DNA of 64,000 bases from an uncultured candidate division WWE3 bacterium (GTDB lineage Bacteria > Patescibacteriota > WWE3 > UBA101185 > UBA10185). The notes beneath the pieces are model-generated. The model made no database searches. It saw only the letters and a program-made list of their open reading frames with translations, and was not told where the DNA came from. The stretch covers positions 69,382 through 133,381 of the forward strand of contig CAIRNR010000007.1 of the NCBI GenBank assembly GCA_903879985.1. The letters run 5' to 3'. This document shows positions 20,439 through 30,939 of this stretch, one piece after another; the stretch's first letter is position 1, and each line of letters begins with the position of its first letter. The translations under genes and the position numbers were made by a program.

Positions 20439-21705
20439 ACTTTTCTTTCCAGCTCTTAATAGCAACAAAAGTTAACATAATCAAAATTATAAGTTCGGAA
20501 ACGTGCGTAATTACTGCGGATGCGTAAATAGAATATTTAGGAATAAAAATATAGTTTGCCGTTAGGTTAAACGCAGCGCTAATTAAATAAATATAGGGTA
20601 AATATTTTTGGCGACCCAAAGTGACAATTAGCCACGATAACGGCTGAGTTAAAAAGTATAACACCATGCCGGATAATAAAATCTGTAATACTAAAACCGA
20701 TTGTGTAAATTCCGAGCCTCCCAGCAACTTAATTAAGAGTGGCGCAAACAAAGCACCGACCACGCCTGAAAACAAACCAAAAGCCAGCAAAAATGCAAAA
20801 CTTCTTACAAAGGTATTCTTCAAACGTTCTTTACCTTCTGTCATATGGCGAACTAGTATTGGGTAAACTGAATTCATAAAAAATGTTGGTATGACAAGGG
20901 AAACTTCAAATATTTTATAAGGTAAAGCATATAACGCCACTGAATCGTTATTCGATAACCCGTAGGCTTTAGGCAAACTTAAAACTGAAAGCATTATCGA
21001 ATCGGCTTTAAAGTTAATTTGGCTAAAAACAAACATTATTCCAAGTGGAAGTGAAGTTAATAACAAGTAAGAGACAACGGTTTTATCAATTGTGTAATCG
21101 GGAACAACACCAAGCTTTTTTATAAAATACATGTTGGCAATATAAACAACCACGCCACCGACAACGTAAGTCATACTAACCAAAATAATATCGGCTTTAA
21201 AGTAAGCACAAAGCCCTAGCAAAACCAATATCACCGCATAACCAAGCAAATAACCAATTGTCGATAAATCGTATCTGAGCTTAACCTGGAAAATAATATT
21301 TGTAGTGGCGTAAAGAGCTTGTCCTAAAATTAAAAGTAGACTTAAAATTATTCCAAACTTTAAGTGCGCGGAATATGGAAAAAATGCGACTACAATTCCT
21401 AAAATCAACATAAGTATCAGCGAAAAGGCCACACGAATTTTTATAATATTACCCAAATATTTTTCAGCTAAACTTTCATCTTTAGAAATTTCACGTGTTG
21501 CGATAGCGTTTATACCAAAATCGACAATGATAAAAAACAAAGCCGGCCACGTTTGCATCAAACTATATTCGCCGTAAAGTTCGCGACCATAAGATCGGGT
21601 AATTAAAACTGTGGCAAAAACTGTTACGCACATGCTAATTACTTTTCCAATGATTTGATAAATTGTGTTGCTGGCTATTTTTTTTGTTGTTTGTGACTTA
21701 AACAT
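20431..21705 (-). CDS. Wzx/MATE-like polysaccharide flippase
   Basis: About 12 TM helices; YGEYS..DFGI..REIS and ALYALPYKI motifs. Confidence 0.88.
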   Translation of the reverse strand: MFKSQTTKKIASNTIYQIIGKVISMCVTVFATVLITRSYGRELYGEYSLMQTWPALFFIIVDFGINAIATREISKDESLAEKYLGNIIKIRVAFSLILMLILGIVVAFFPYSAHLKFGIILSLLLILGQALYATTNIIFQVKLRYDLSTIGYLLGYAVILVLLGLCAYFKADIILVSMTYVVGGVVVYIANMYFIKKLGVVPDYTIDKTVVSYLLLTSLPLGIMFVFSQINFKADSIMLSVLSLPKAYGLSNNDSVALYALPYKIFEVSLVIPTFFMNSVYPILVRHMTEGKERLKNTFVRSFAFLLAFGLFSGVVGALFAPLLIKLLGGSEFTQSVLVLQILLSGMVLYFLTQPLSWLIVTLGRQKYLPYIYLISAAFNLTANYIFIPKYSIYASAVITHVSELIILIMLTFVAIKSWKEKYA

Positions 21706-21726
21706 ATAATTTTTGCACACTTTGGG

Positions 21727-22920
21727 CTATTGGCAGTTTCCTATCGAAATCTCACCTGTTTTTAACGCAGGTGGGGCACCCTTAACCTTATCCATAGATT
21801 TAACTACATCATAGTGCTTATACGGGACATTGTCAGGATTTAGCCAAGAAAAATGGTCAAAAGGAGGATCGTATCTAATTGTAAAAGGCATTACTGCGCG
21901 CACCCGATCGTCTTTTTCCCATACATCCTTAAAAGCAGCTTTAAAATTTTCGGCAACAACTTCATCAGTCAAAAAACTGGCGGCATAAGTGCTACCCTCA
22001 GCATGAGCCCAACCTGTTTCGGTTATAAACACAGGCAATGATTTAGTAACACCAAGTTTATCCTTTAAGTATTTAAGTTCGGCGGCATAAGCCTGAATAC
22101 TTAACTTTCCTGTATCTTTTGGACTTCCGGAAAAGTTTGGTTGCGGATATGAATGTGAAGCCCAACCGTCAAGTTTATTAAATATTCCAGGAACGGCTGC
22201 ATTCATTTGAGTCATATATTCAAATGATTCCATGTTATCAGCATTCGTTGGGGCACTTGCATTTAGAGCACCATTCAACATATAAAAATCAGGATTAGAC
22301 TGCTTAAATACATCTATCGTATAATCCAAGATTTTTGCATATTCCTTAGGATCAACTTTGCCATACCAAAAGTTTTTATCGTTTGGCTCGTTGTAAACAC
22401 TTACATATCTGTAGCGAATTGGCCAAACAAATCCGTTTAAAAAATCTGCTGCGGCTTGTGTTTGTTCTTGGTACTTCGTGGTATCTACATCCCAAAGCTG
22501 AATAACCGGAATTAATTTTTTATCACTTAAATCTGCAAAAACCGATCGCCATTTTTCGGAATCTAAATCTTTAACGTTAAATGGAATTAAAACATATCCC
22601 CATTCCCCACCGTTAGAATTTACCAACTCATCAGCGCGTGAAAAAAACTTATCGTTTTCAGCATAAATATAAATACCAAACTTGTTATTCGGTTCCCATA
22701 ATGGATTGTTGCCATCGTAATATTTGTATTCTATTTTATCCGCGGTTGGACAAGTTGTATTAGGGTTTTGAGCGCTATTAATTGCAGAAGTCGATTCTTT
22801 AAGTACATTTGATTTTGACTTTATTCGTGTTGCAGCATAGCCAATTCCAATAGCCATACCAATACAAACCAATGCAATAACTCCTATCAAAATTCTTTTT
22901 CTAGTAAATATTTTCTGCAC
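21727..22920 (-). CDS. Membrane-anchored clan GH-A glycoside hydrolase (GH39/GH5-like)
   Basis: YNEPN acid/base motif, ASHSYP, and FITETGW nucleophile motif. Confidence 0.75.
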   Translation of the reverse strand: MQKIFTRKRILIGVIALVCIGMAIGIGYAATRIKSKSNVLKESTSAINSAQNPNTTCPTADKIEYKYYDGNNPLWEPNNKFGIYIYAENDKFFSRADELVNSNGGEWGYVLIPFNVKDLDSEKWRSVFADLSDKKLIPVIQLWDVDTTKYQEQTQAAADFLNGFVWPIRYRYVSVYNEPNDKNFWYGKVDPKEYAKILDYTIDVFKQSNPDFYMLNGALNASAPTNADNMESFEYMTQMNAAVPGIFNKLDGWASHSYPQPNFSGSPKDTGKLSIQAYAAELKYLKDKLGVTKSLPVFITETGWAHAEGSTYAASFLTDEVVAENFKAAFKDVWEKDDRVRAVMPFTIRYDPPFDHFSWLNPDNVPYKHYDVVKSMDKVKGAPPALKTGEISIGNCQ

Positions 22921-22976
22921 TAACAGATTTTATCATTTTTGGCGGTATTGCACCTAAAAGATGTTACAATTATTTG

Positions 22977-24212
22977 ATGAAAAACGAGGGTAAAATTGTC
23001 AGCTTCATTTTTGTTTTAAGCATAATCCTCGCAGTTTTAGGAATGTATTTTAAACACTTTGAATATAAATCAAAGCCGTTAACACCTTATTCAAATTCAT
23101 TAGATATTTTTTCATTGTTTGCTACTCGTGAAAAACCTAAATATACAGTTTACGGATATCTTCCGTACTGGACTATCGCTAACTCTCAATATTTACAACT
23201 AGATAAATTAACCGATATCGCCTACTTTGGTTTATACATAAATCCAGACGGAACATTTAAAAAGTACGTTCAGTCAGATCAAGGGCAAATTACAGAACCA
23301 GGTTATAACAATTGGAAAACTAATGAAGACTTGGACACAATTATTGCCGCCAGTAAAAAATATGGCGTACGTTTTGCGTTAACAGTTATTGCGCATACCG
23401 ACTCAGAAAACGATAAGTTTTTGGATTGCAGGTCGTGCTGGGACACCTTATTACAAAACCTAGAAACAGAGTTGGATTCAAAAGGCATCAAGGATGTAAA
23501 TTTGAACTTTGAATATGCCGGCGCATCCGATCCAGATAAGGCTGATAAATTTGCTGACTTCACTAAATTTTTAAACGAAGCACTCGATAAAAAATATGGC
23601 GACTCCCGAGTTATAGTTGCAGCTTTTGCCGATTCCATGATTACAAGCAGAGTAAGCTCACGAATAGATTTATTATCAAAATATTCAGACGGAATATTTA
23701 TAATGGCCTACGACTTTCACGCACCACAATCTGATCATGCAGGTCCGGTATCCCCGATTAATGGAATTGGTGTCCACGGAAACTACGATATAACAACAAT
23801 GATTAAGGATTACCTTGCAGTATCACCACCAAACAAAATCATAATGGGCGTGCCTTATTATGGTTACAATTGGGTTGTTCAAGATACAAGTGAATACGCA
23901 AACCGACTAGATGGCACAGATATAATTGGTCATTCTGAGTCTCAAACATACGCTAGTGTTTTAGATACCATTTCTTCACAAAAACCCGAGGTTAAATGGG
24001 ATTCAATTGGACATGTACCATACTTTACTTACATAAGTCCCGACACAAGATCTTTCCGCGAAGTCTATTATGAAGATCCACGATCGCTACGAGAAAAATA
24101 TTACCTAATACGCTCAAATAACTTTCAAGGAGTTGGCATTTGGGCACTCGGTTACGACGAAGGTTACACCGAACTTTGGAACCTGCTTTACGACGAATTT
24201 GTAAAGCAATAG
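22977..24212 (+). CDS. GH18 family glycoside hydrolase
   Basis: Motifs GYLPYW, NLNFEY, IMAYDFH, MGVPYYG and GVGIWALGYD. Confidence 0.88.
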   Translation: MKNEGKIVSFIFVLSIILAVLGMYFKHFEYKSKPLTPYSNSLDIFSLFATREKPKYTVYGYLPYWTIANSQYLQLDKLTDIAYFGLYINPDGTFKKYVQSDQGQITEPGYNNWKTNEDLDTIIAASKKYGVRFALTVIAHTDSENDKFLDCRSCWDTLLQNLETELDSKGIKDVNLNFEYAGASDPDKADKFADFTKFLNEALDKKYGDSRVIVAAFADSMITSRVSSRIDLLSKYSDGIFIMAYDFHAPQSDHAGPVSPINGIGVHGNYDITTMIKDYLAVSPPNKIIMGVPYYGYNWVVQDTSEYANRLDGTDIIGHSESQTYASVLDTISSQKPEVKWDSIGHVPYFTYISPDTRSFREVYYEDPRSLREKYYLIRSNNFQGVGIWALGYDEGYTELWNLLYDEFVKQ

Positions 24213-24266
24213 TAACCCCTAGCCATAAAGTGTTGACTATATTTTCGTTTTGACATTAAATGAATA

Positions 24267-25379
24267 ATGCAAATGGAAAACACAAATGGAACCGGTAAAA
24301 CCAACGAATCCAACAATACACTACCATCGCGAGTAGGCGTAATTTACAGCGACGTGAAGCGAGAATACTTCCCTACCGAAGAACAATATATTACAGAAAA
24401 AGATGCCGAGCACGACGCTAAATTAGTGGCAACTTACATAGAAAAATTAGGCATACATGCAAGCATTTATCCAGCCGACGAAAACTTGGTTGAAAGTTTA
24501 AAAAGCGATAAACCAGAAATGGTTTTTAATCTCGTAGATTCAATTAAGGGTTACGAATATTTATCGTCAAGTATTCCCGGCGTTTGCGAACTGTTAAATA
24601 TTCCCTACACAGGGGCCGACATTTTGGGATTGGCCTTAACATACAACAAATTCCTTGTTAAAAAATTACTACAACAAGCCAAAGTTCCGGTACCAAACTT
24701 TCAACTTTTTTATTCCGCAAACGATCCTTTAGAAATAAATCTGAGGTTTCCGCTTATATCAAAACTAAACGAAATCCACGGAGCTGTAGAAATTACAAAA
24801 GACTCAGTGTCTGAAACTGAAAAACATCTACGTGAGCGCTTAAAATACCTCATAGAAACGTATAAGCAACCTGTGCTGGTTGAAGAGTTCATTGTAGGTC
24901 GCGAAGTCACTGCAATCGTTTTAGAGGGCTTAAATCGTAAAGTGTATTTAGCAGAAAAAATCTTTGATGCGCGAACTGATAAATACGTGTTCTTAACTTT
25001 TGAGGATACGTGGCTGAAGGATGATGCACATTTTCATTATGAAAAATGCGATGACTTGCTTTTAAAAGAATATGTTAAAAGCGCTTTTGAAGTTGCAAAA
25101 CTAATGGACTACGCTAAGTTGGATGTACGTATTGATAGCTCAGGAAGATATTATTTTATTGATATAAACGCTAATCCCGCCTTTGGTCCAAATGAGGCAG
25201 GAACAGCTATTGGTTATATTCTAGAAGATTTATATAAAATTCCTTTTATGGATATTTTACAAAGACTGATTTTGAATACTTTACGCTCACCAACACAGGA
25301 TTATAACGGTGCTGATAATGGAAATGCCGTATTAACGACAAATAGCGAAGGTCAAAAAGTTACTTCTATAAATTCTTGA
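24267..25379 (+). CDS. D-Ala-D-Ala-ligase-like ATP-grasp protein (divergent)
   Basis: Motifs IPYTGAD..NKFLVK, LVEEFIVGRE and YFIDINANP. Confidence 0.75.
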   Translation: MQMENTNGTGKTNESNNTLPSRVGVIYSDVKREYFPTEEQYITEKDAEHDAKLVATYIEKLGIHASIYPADENLVESLKSDKPEMVFNLVDSIKGYEYLSSSIPGVCELLNIPYTGADILGLALTYNKFLVKKLLQQAKVPVPNFQLFYSANDPLEINLRFPLISKLNEIHGAVEITKDSVSETEKHLRERLKYLIETYKQPVLVEEFIVGREVTAIVLEGLNRKVYLAEKIFDARTDKYVFLTFEDTWLKDDAHFHYEKCDDLLLKEYVKSAFEVAKLMDYAKLDVRIDSSGRYYFIDINANPAFGPNEAGTAIGYILEDLYKIPFMDILQRLILNTLRSPTQDYNGADNGNAVLTTNSEGQKVTSINS

Positions 25380-26610
25380 GCTCACTCTGAGGCATTTTAA
25401 TTTTTCTCGGAATAAATATTAAAGCTATGACTGATGTTAATAACATGATGTTTCCTGTAATTAAAAAAGGAAACTTCAGATCAAAGTTTTCTGCAATAAA
25501 TCCCAAAAGAACCGGTCCAACAACATAAGCAAAGTTGCCTGCGAATTGTTTTGTGGTAACAATATCGTTAGCCACCACGGAAGCTCGGGCGACGTAATCT
25601 TCATAAACGGCTGAAATTAAAATAAAGGACACACCCGAAAAGGTGGCTGCTAAAAATACACAACCAAGCATCAAATAAGTGTTATTTACCAAAGCAAGCA
25701 TAACCATACTTAAACCGGCTAAAACTCCAAATATAAACGCGGTTCGCTTTTTACCCAGCTTTTTGTGAACAAAAGGCGCAAGGAATCCCACAAACAAAGC
25801 AGGTACCCCGTAAATAACCATGAAAAATCCACCCAACGCATCTTTGTGACGAAGTTGCTCGGCGAACAAAATACCTGATGTCCAAAAAACAACATCAAGC
25901 AAGTTATACGAAAACACCACAAGCACCAAAAGCCATAACTTTTTAAGTAAAACAAACAAAATATTAATTTCCTGACCAAACGACTTTTTTACTTCGTGTC
26001 TAAGAGGGAGTTCGGCAACAGGACAGTACTTTTTCTTAAATAACAAAAAGATGCCATAAGTGACACCAATAAATATGATTGAAACATATAAGGGCAAACT
26101 AAACATTTTATCCAAAGCCAATACCGCAATCGCCGGACCAATCATGTAAGCAATATTTTCTAACGTGGAAATCACCGACCAAGCCATTGTGTGCTTATCA
26201 ATGTCCATAAAGTGATGAACAAAGTCGTACTTACCAAAGTCGCGGAATTCATAATATATTGACCAAACAATCATTGCTAAAGCTATAACCGGCACATTGG
26301 CGGGCATAACGAGTAAACTTAGTGGAAACAATAAAGCAAACGCAACAGTCCAGAAAATAAAAAACTTATATTTTTTGCCACCTAATCGCTCGGCTATAAA
26401 AAAGTCAAAAAACATTCCGAAAAACGACGATATCGAAAGCAACAAGCCCACGATAAACGCGTTGGAATATTTGTTTTCGATATATAGCGGCACATAGTAC
26501 GACATTATGGCGTCGGCCAAACATATAAAAAACACTATTACTGAAAAGTGGATTAGAGGATTAAGGTAAGAATGCTTATTTTCGATGGGCGAATCGTTTC
26601 TATTATGCAC
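25366..26610 (-). CDS. MFS transporter
   Basis: About 12 TM helices with two-fold pseudo-symmetry (ERLGGKK / KKLGKKR). Confidence 0.8.
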   Translation of the reverse strand: MHNRNDSPIENKHSYLNPLIHFSVIVFFICLADAIMSYYVPLYIENKYSNAFIVGLLLSISSFFGMFFDFFIAERLGGKKYKFFIFWTVAFALLFPLSLLVMPANVPVIALAMIVWSIYYEFRDFGKYDFVHHFMDIDKHTMAWSVISTLENIAYMIGPAIAVLALDKMFSLPLYVSIIFIGVTYGIFLLFKKKYCPVAELPLRHEVKKSFGQEINILFVLLKKLWLLVLVVFSYNLLDVVFWTSGILFAEQLRHKDALGGFFMVIYGVPALFVGFLAPFVHKKLGKKRTAFIFGVLAGLSMVMLALVNNTYLMLGCVFLAATFSGVSFILISAVYEDYVARASVVANDIVTTKQFAGNFAYVVGPVLLGFIAENFDLKFPFLITGNIMLLTSVIALIFIPRKIKMPQSELKNL

Positions 26611-26654
26611 AGATTAAGTATATATGAGCGGAGGGGTTTTTATAAGTGAAAATA

Positions 26655-29078
26655 CTAGAACGCAAACATCTCTCGCAGCGAAGGCACAACAAAAACCAAA
26701 CCCAAACTAACCAAAACAACTAGAACAACAAACAAAAAGCTTCTATTAAACCTTGTGAGACTTGCCACAAAACCACCGGTTTCCCTGCGATTAAGCATGG
26801 CTAGGAACAAGTTTCCTAAAACCAAAATTACAAACGTAATTCCTCTGGCCGAATTTTGCGTACTTCCACTATGTAAAAGGTATAAGTATGTGGGTAGTGC
26901 TATGGCCAATACAAATAATCCCTGAAATAGCATTTTTAGCAAAGCTTTTATTGTAAAAATACGATCCGCAAGACTTCGAGGTTTCCTCTGCATAATATTA
27001 ACTTCAGAAGGCTCAGTTTCAAAAACAATAGTACTGGTAGGATCAATAATCATTTCCAAAAACAAAATATGAATTGGGTAAAAAAAGTTTGGATATCCTA
27101 ACAAAACCGGGATTAGCGCCATACCTGCAATAGGAACATGCACACAAAACACATAACGCATGGCCTTTTTGATATTGTCGTAAATTGTGCGCCCCTGCTT
27201 TATTCCTTTAACAATGGATTCAAAATTATCATCAAGCAAAACCAGTGCCGAAGCCTCACGAGCAACGTCTGTTCCTCGTTTTCCCATAGCTATACCAACG
27301 TTTGCCTCTTTTAAAGCCGGTGCATCATTAACCCCATCCCCAGTCATGGCAACAACCTCACCATTGGCCAACAACGCTTTTACAATTTTCAACTTTTGAT
27401 ATGGTTGAACTCTAGAAAAAACATTAACTTCCTTAATGGCGTTAGACAATTCTTTTTCGGACATTGCATCAAGATCGGTGCCTAAAATAACCCTAGCGTA
27501 ATTCCTTAAGCCTATTTCTTTGGCCACGCTCGTTGCAGTAGCAGGATAGTCACCTGTTAATACAATAACGTTGATTCCAGCGGTGTAACATTCCTTAATT
27601 GCTTCTTTAACTACTGGGCGAACTGGATCTTCAAATACCAATAAACCTAAGAATTCCCATTTATACTCTTCTACATTTTTTACTAAATTTACCGCGTCTG
27701 TTGTCATTAAGCTGGGATCAATACATTTAGCTACTCCTAAAACCCGATAACCAGCGGAACCTAATTCTTTTAAACCAACTAATAAGGCGTCTTCCATGCT
27801 TTTATCTAATTTACAAAGTTTAAAAATGGATTCGGGAGCGCCTTTTGAGGCACCTACTAATTTGTCGTTTTCAACAATTCTAAATGTGGTAACAGCTGTT
27901 AATTTTGCAGAAATCGGAAACTCACGAATCAGTTTATGGTTATGATGAATATGTGAAGTTTCAAAAAGGCTTTTACTTAGTAAAGCCTTAATTTCTTTTT
28001 CTATTGGATCAAACGGGTCAGACCTACCTGCCAAAAATGCGTATTCCAGAAGATTGTGGAATTTTTCTGGAGCCTCGCCACTTAATCCTTTCTCAGAGAT
28101 GTCGTGGAGGTCACCTTCGGAAAATAATTTAATTAACTTCATTTTTCCTTGAGTCAAAGTGCCTGTTTTATCAACGCATAATGTGGTTATAGCACCCAAG
28201 GTTTCGATTATTTGCATACGTCTGGTAAGTACATTTCTTTTGGATAAACGCCAAGCACCAAAAGCCAAAAAGATAGTTAAAATAACAGGAAATTCCTCAG
28301 GTATTGCTGACATAGCCAGAGTTAGTCCAGCGAGCAATCCTTCAAAAAAGTTGCCATGCGTGCGTGTAACAAGAAAAGTTAAGAGTAAACACAAAGCTAA
28401 TGCCCAAATAGCCAAAATTTTAACAATCTTCTGGGTTTCCGTTTGTAAAAGAGAAGGCTTAATTTCAATAGTCCTAATCATTTTTCCGATTAAACCCATT
28501 TGGGTATCTTTACCTGTTTTTACAACCTGACCAATCCCCGACCCTTTTATTACCAAAGAACCCGAATAAACTAAGTTTTCCTTTTCATTATCGGGACTTT
28601 TTACAACACTAACAGATTCACCGGTTAACATAGATTCATCAACTTCAAGGTTAACTGATTCCAATACCTTACAATCTGCAGGAATTCGGGCACCTTCTTG
28701 AAATAAAACGATATCTCCGGGAACCAAGTCTTTGCTTGGAATACTAACTTCAACGTTATCTCTAATAACTAAAGCGCCAGGACTTGATAAATCCTTTAAC
28801 GCTCTTAGAGTTTTTTCGGTTTTTTGCTCTTGAAAAATAGTAGTCAGTAAAATAACAGATATTGAGGCTAACAAAATGAATGCTTCTTTTTTATCACCAA
28901 GTGCAAAATAAGTTAACCCACAAGCGATTAATAGTAAAAACATTGGCTCTGTAAGAGTAGATTTAATAATATCGAAAAGTGTTTTGGGTTTGTCCTTGTC
29001 TAGTTCATTAGGACCAACTTTTAGTAATATTTCTTGAGCTTGTTTGGAGGATAAACTTTTGTATTTTAGTAGGTCCAC
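26655..29078 (-). CDS. Cation-transporting P-type ATPase (type II-like)
   Basis: Motifs LTGES, IPEEFP, DKTGTLT, KGAPE, TGD and TGDGVNDAPALK. Confidence 0.93.
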   Translation of the reverse strand: MDLLKYKSLSSKQAQEILLKVGPNELDKDKPKTLFDIIKSTLTEPMFLLLIACGLTYFALGDKKEAFILLASISVILLTTIFQEQKTEKTLRALKDLSSPGALVIRDNVEVSIPSKDLVPGDIVLFQEGARIPADCKVLESVNLEVDESMLTGESVSVVKSPDNEKENLVYSGSLVIKGSGIGQVVKTGKDTQMGLIGKMIRTIEIKPSLLQTETQKIVKILAIWALALCLLLTFLVTRTHGNFFEGLLAGLTLAMSAIPEEFPVILTIFLAFGAWRLSKRNVLTRRMQIIETLGAITTLCVDKTGTLTQGKMKLIKLFSEGDLHDISEKGLSGEAPEKFHNLLEYAFLAGRSDPFDPIEKEIKALLSKSLFETSHIHHNHKLIREFPISAKLTAVTTFRIVENDKLVGASKGAPESIFKLCKLDKSMEDALLVGLKELGSAGYRVLGVAKCIDPSLMTTDAVNLVKNVEEYKWEFLGLLVFEDPVRPVVKEAIKECYTAGINVIVLTGDYPATATSVAKEIGLRNYARVILGTDLDAMSEKELSNAIKEVNVFSRVQPYQKLKIVKALLANGEVVAMTGDGVNDAPALKEANVGIAMGKRGTDVAREASALVLLDDNFESIVKGIKQGRTIYDNIKKAMRYVFCVHVPIAGMALIPVLLGYPNFFYPIHILFLEMIIDPTSTIVFETEPSEVNIMQRKPRSLADRIFTIKALLKMLFQGLFVLAIALPTYLYLLHSGSTQNSARGITFVILVLGNLFLAMLNRRETGGFVASLTRFNRSFLFVVLVVLVSLGLVFVVPSLREMFAF

Positions 29079-29288
29079 ACGTATATGATACAGAAAATCG
29101 GCAGCGGATGCTTACATAAATATTTAATGATATGCTTTTTATATGTTTAGTAAAATTGTAAATTTCTTAAAATCTATAGGATTGCTGAGAGTTAGCGGTA
29201 GTGCAGGTACCTACAAAAGTTCTAAGGATGCAGGTTATAAACCTCCTAATCCTTTGGATAATTTGTAAAAAGCAAAGTTGTCATAAAA

Positions 29289-29334
29289 GCAGGGGAAAAT
29301 CTCCAAGTATTTAAGTACTTACAAGATTTCCCCC
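29289..29334 (-). terminator. Intrinsic terminator-like hairpin after orphan ORF
   Basis: Minus strand reads GGGGAAATCT...AGATTTTCCCC followed by TGCTTTT. Confidence 0.55.
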
Positions 29335-29361
29335 ACAAAGCATTTCGGTCGGTATGTTGGG

Positions 29362-29610
29362 CTAACCGTTGGACCAGTGCTGTTCGATTTCGTTTCTGAG
29401 GATAAAACCATACTGTCGGTTTAATACCCTAAACAAAACTGCTTTGCGTCCACGGTTTGCTGGATCGTCTACCAACTTATAACCCAGTACGCAGCGATGC
29501 CTTTCAAACCAACTTAAGATGTCTGGATGAGTGTGCGCTCCCATAGCTCTTACAAGTACCATCCAGTCATGACCTTCATTCAATTCTGGTGAACTCGGAA
29601 CAATTGCCAT
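29362..29610 (-). CDS. Small orphan protein (cassette-type)
   Basis: AAGGAGG SD, its own consensus promoter and a downstream hairpin. Confidence 0.7.
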   Translation of the reverse strand: MAIVPSSPELNEGHDWMVLVRAMGAHTHPDILSWFERHRCVLGYKLVDDPANRGRKAVLFRVLNRQYGFILRNEIEQHWSNG

Positions 29611-29636
29611 ACGACCCTCCTTTTTGGGTTGTTTGG

Positions 29637-29672
29637 ATTATACTAGGTGGTGCCAGGAATGTAAAACTATAA
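29637..29672 (-). promoter_or_regulatory. sigma70-type promoter with TTATAG-T motif abutting -35
   Basis: TTATAG T TTTACA-N17-TATAAT on the minus strand. Confidence 0.65.
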
Positions 29673-29724
29673 GTTAGTGACGAGCTATTCTGGACTACAT
29701 TAGAACTACAAGTATAATGTAGCC

Positions 29725-30498
29725 ATGCAAGAAAAATTAAATGAGCTTAAAGGCGCTGTAACATCTAAAATTGAAATAGATGGGTTTGAAGGATTCAAAG
29801 TTGAAATTAATGACACTTCTGTTTGGACTCAAAACATAGCCCAACTGATTCCTCTTTTTGGCAAAGTTATCTTTGAGGAATTTGAAAATGAAAAGTTTAA
29901 TTTAGACGACCCAACCCAACCAACACGTGTACTACATCAGTTAGAAATATCATTTAAAGACATTGACTACATGTTTGTGCTTTTGGATAAAGACGCTTTG
30001 GTCGGGCTTATCGCAATGAAGGTGCTGAGTAACGAACCAAAAGTTGGCGTGGTAATAGAAATGATTCTTAGCCCAATATACCGAGGAAAGAAAATTTCTC
30101 CAAAATTGTATGATCTTGTTTATAAATACGGTGATTTCTACTCAATAATTAGCTACAGTAAAAACCCAGCCGCTGTCCACTCCAGATACAACGTAGGTAA
30201 AAAATTTGGATATGAAACTATATTCGGGGATATGCCTACGGATATTGCTGAAGTAGCCAAATTGCAAAGTTTAGCCAAAGAATATTTCTATAACGACGGA
30301 ATAGTTTCAAACGCATCCGCTCCCAACGGTTATATCTTTTTAAAAGGTGAGGAAAATGTGAATGCGCCTTTGCAGGCAGACGAAGTTAAGTTTGAAATAG
30401 AACACCCTTTGTATAAACCATTCCAGAGAATTTTAGAAATTCAGAAAACGAATGATAAAGATACTGCTGTGGGTTTGTTGGTTAGCATAAAAAATTAG
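29725..30498 (+). CDS. Hypothetical protein, possible GNAT-like fold
   Basis: MILSPIYRGKKISPKL resembles the acetyl-CoA-binding motif A. Start context is TATAAT-N6-ATG. Confidence 0.6.
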   Translation: MQEKLNELKGAVTSKIEIDGFEGFKVEINDTSVWTQNIAQLIPLFGKVIFEEFENEKFNLDDPTQPTRVLHQLEISFKDIDYMFVLLDKDALVGLIAMKVLSNEPKVGVVIEMILSPIYRGKKISPKLYDLVYKYGDFYSIISYSKNPAAVHSRYNVGKKFGYETIFGDMPTDIAEVAKLQSLAKEYFYNDGIVSNASAPNGYIFLKGEENVNAPLQADEVKFEIEHPLYKPFQRILEIQKTNDKDTAVGLLVSIKN

Positions 30499-30534
30499 GA
30501 CCCTTAGCAGATAGTTACCTGTTAAAGATCCTAA
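30489..30534 (-). terminator. Terminator hairpin of the cassette family
   Basis: TTAGGATCTTTAACAG-loop-CTGCTAAGGGTCCTAA-TTTTTT on the minus strand; similar to 54321-54362. Confidence 0.65.
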
Positions 30535-30540
30535 GTAGTT

Positions 30541-30825
30541 TTACCACTCGATATAATCTGAAACTTTACCGAGCTGAAACTTTCCCGTTGTGCGAGAAAT
30601 GAACTGCAGGCGCTTTGGCTCTGGATAGTGCTTGTCTCTGAGTTCTTCAAGCAGCCGAAGGACTTGCATATAACCCGATAGATTGGGTTCATGAATTATT
30701 TTTACAGCTTCAACCGGTAATGGGGCATCAAAGATCAAGCCGAAACCCACTTTTCCTGTTACCCAGTATAAGTACTCACTGGTTTCCTGATGACCTTCTT
30801 TGGCGGTATCAATTATTTGAGCCAC
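30541..30825 (-). CDS. Small orphan protein (cassette-type)
   Basis: GTG start after AAAGGAG, with its own promoter and terminator. Confidence 0.7.
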   Translation of the reverse strand: MAQIIDTAKEGHQETSEYLYWVTGKVGFGLIFDAPLPVEAVKIIHEPNLSGYMQVLRLLEELRDKHYPEPKRLQFISRTTGKFQLGKVSDYIEW

Positions 30826-30878
30826 GTATAACTCCTTTTGTGCATAATTTATGCGGTTTAATAACGATTTATGTTGTG

Positions 30879-30914
30879 ATTATAGGCTAAAACAGGAAGA
30901 ATGTCAAACTATAG
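30879..30914 (-). promoter_or_regulatory. Consensus sigma70-type promoter with CTATAG-T motif
   Basis: CTATAG T TTGACA-N17-TATAAT on the minus strand. Confidence 0.8.
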
Positions 30915-30939
30915 GGTAACGTGGGCGAGGTCAATTTGT

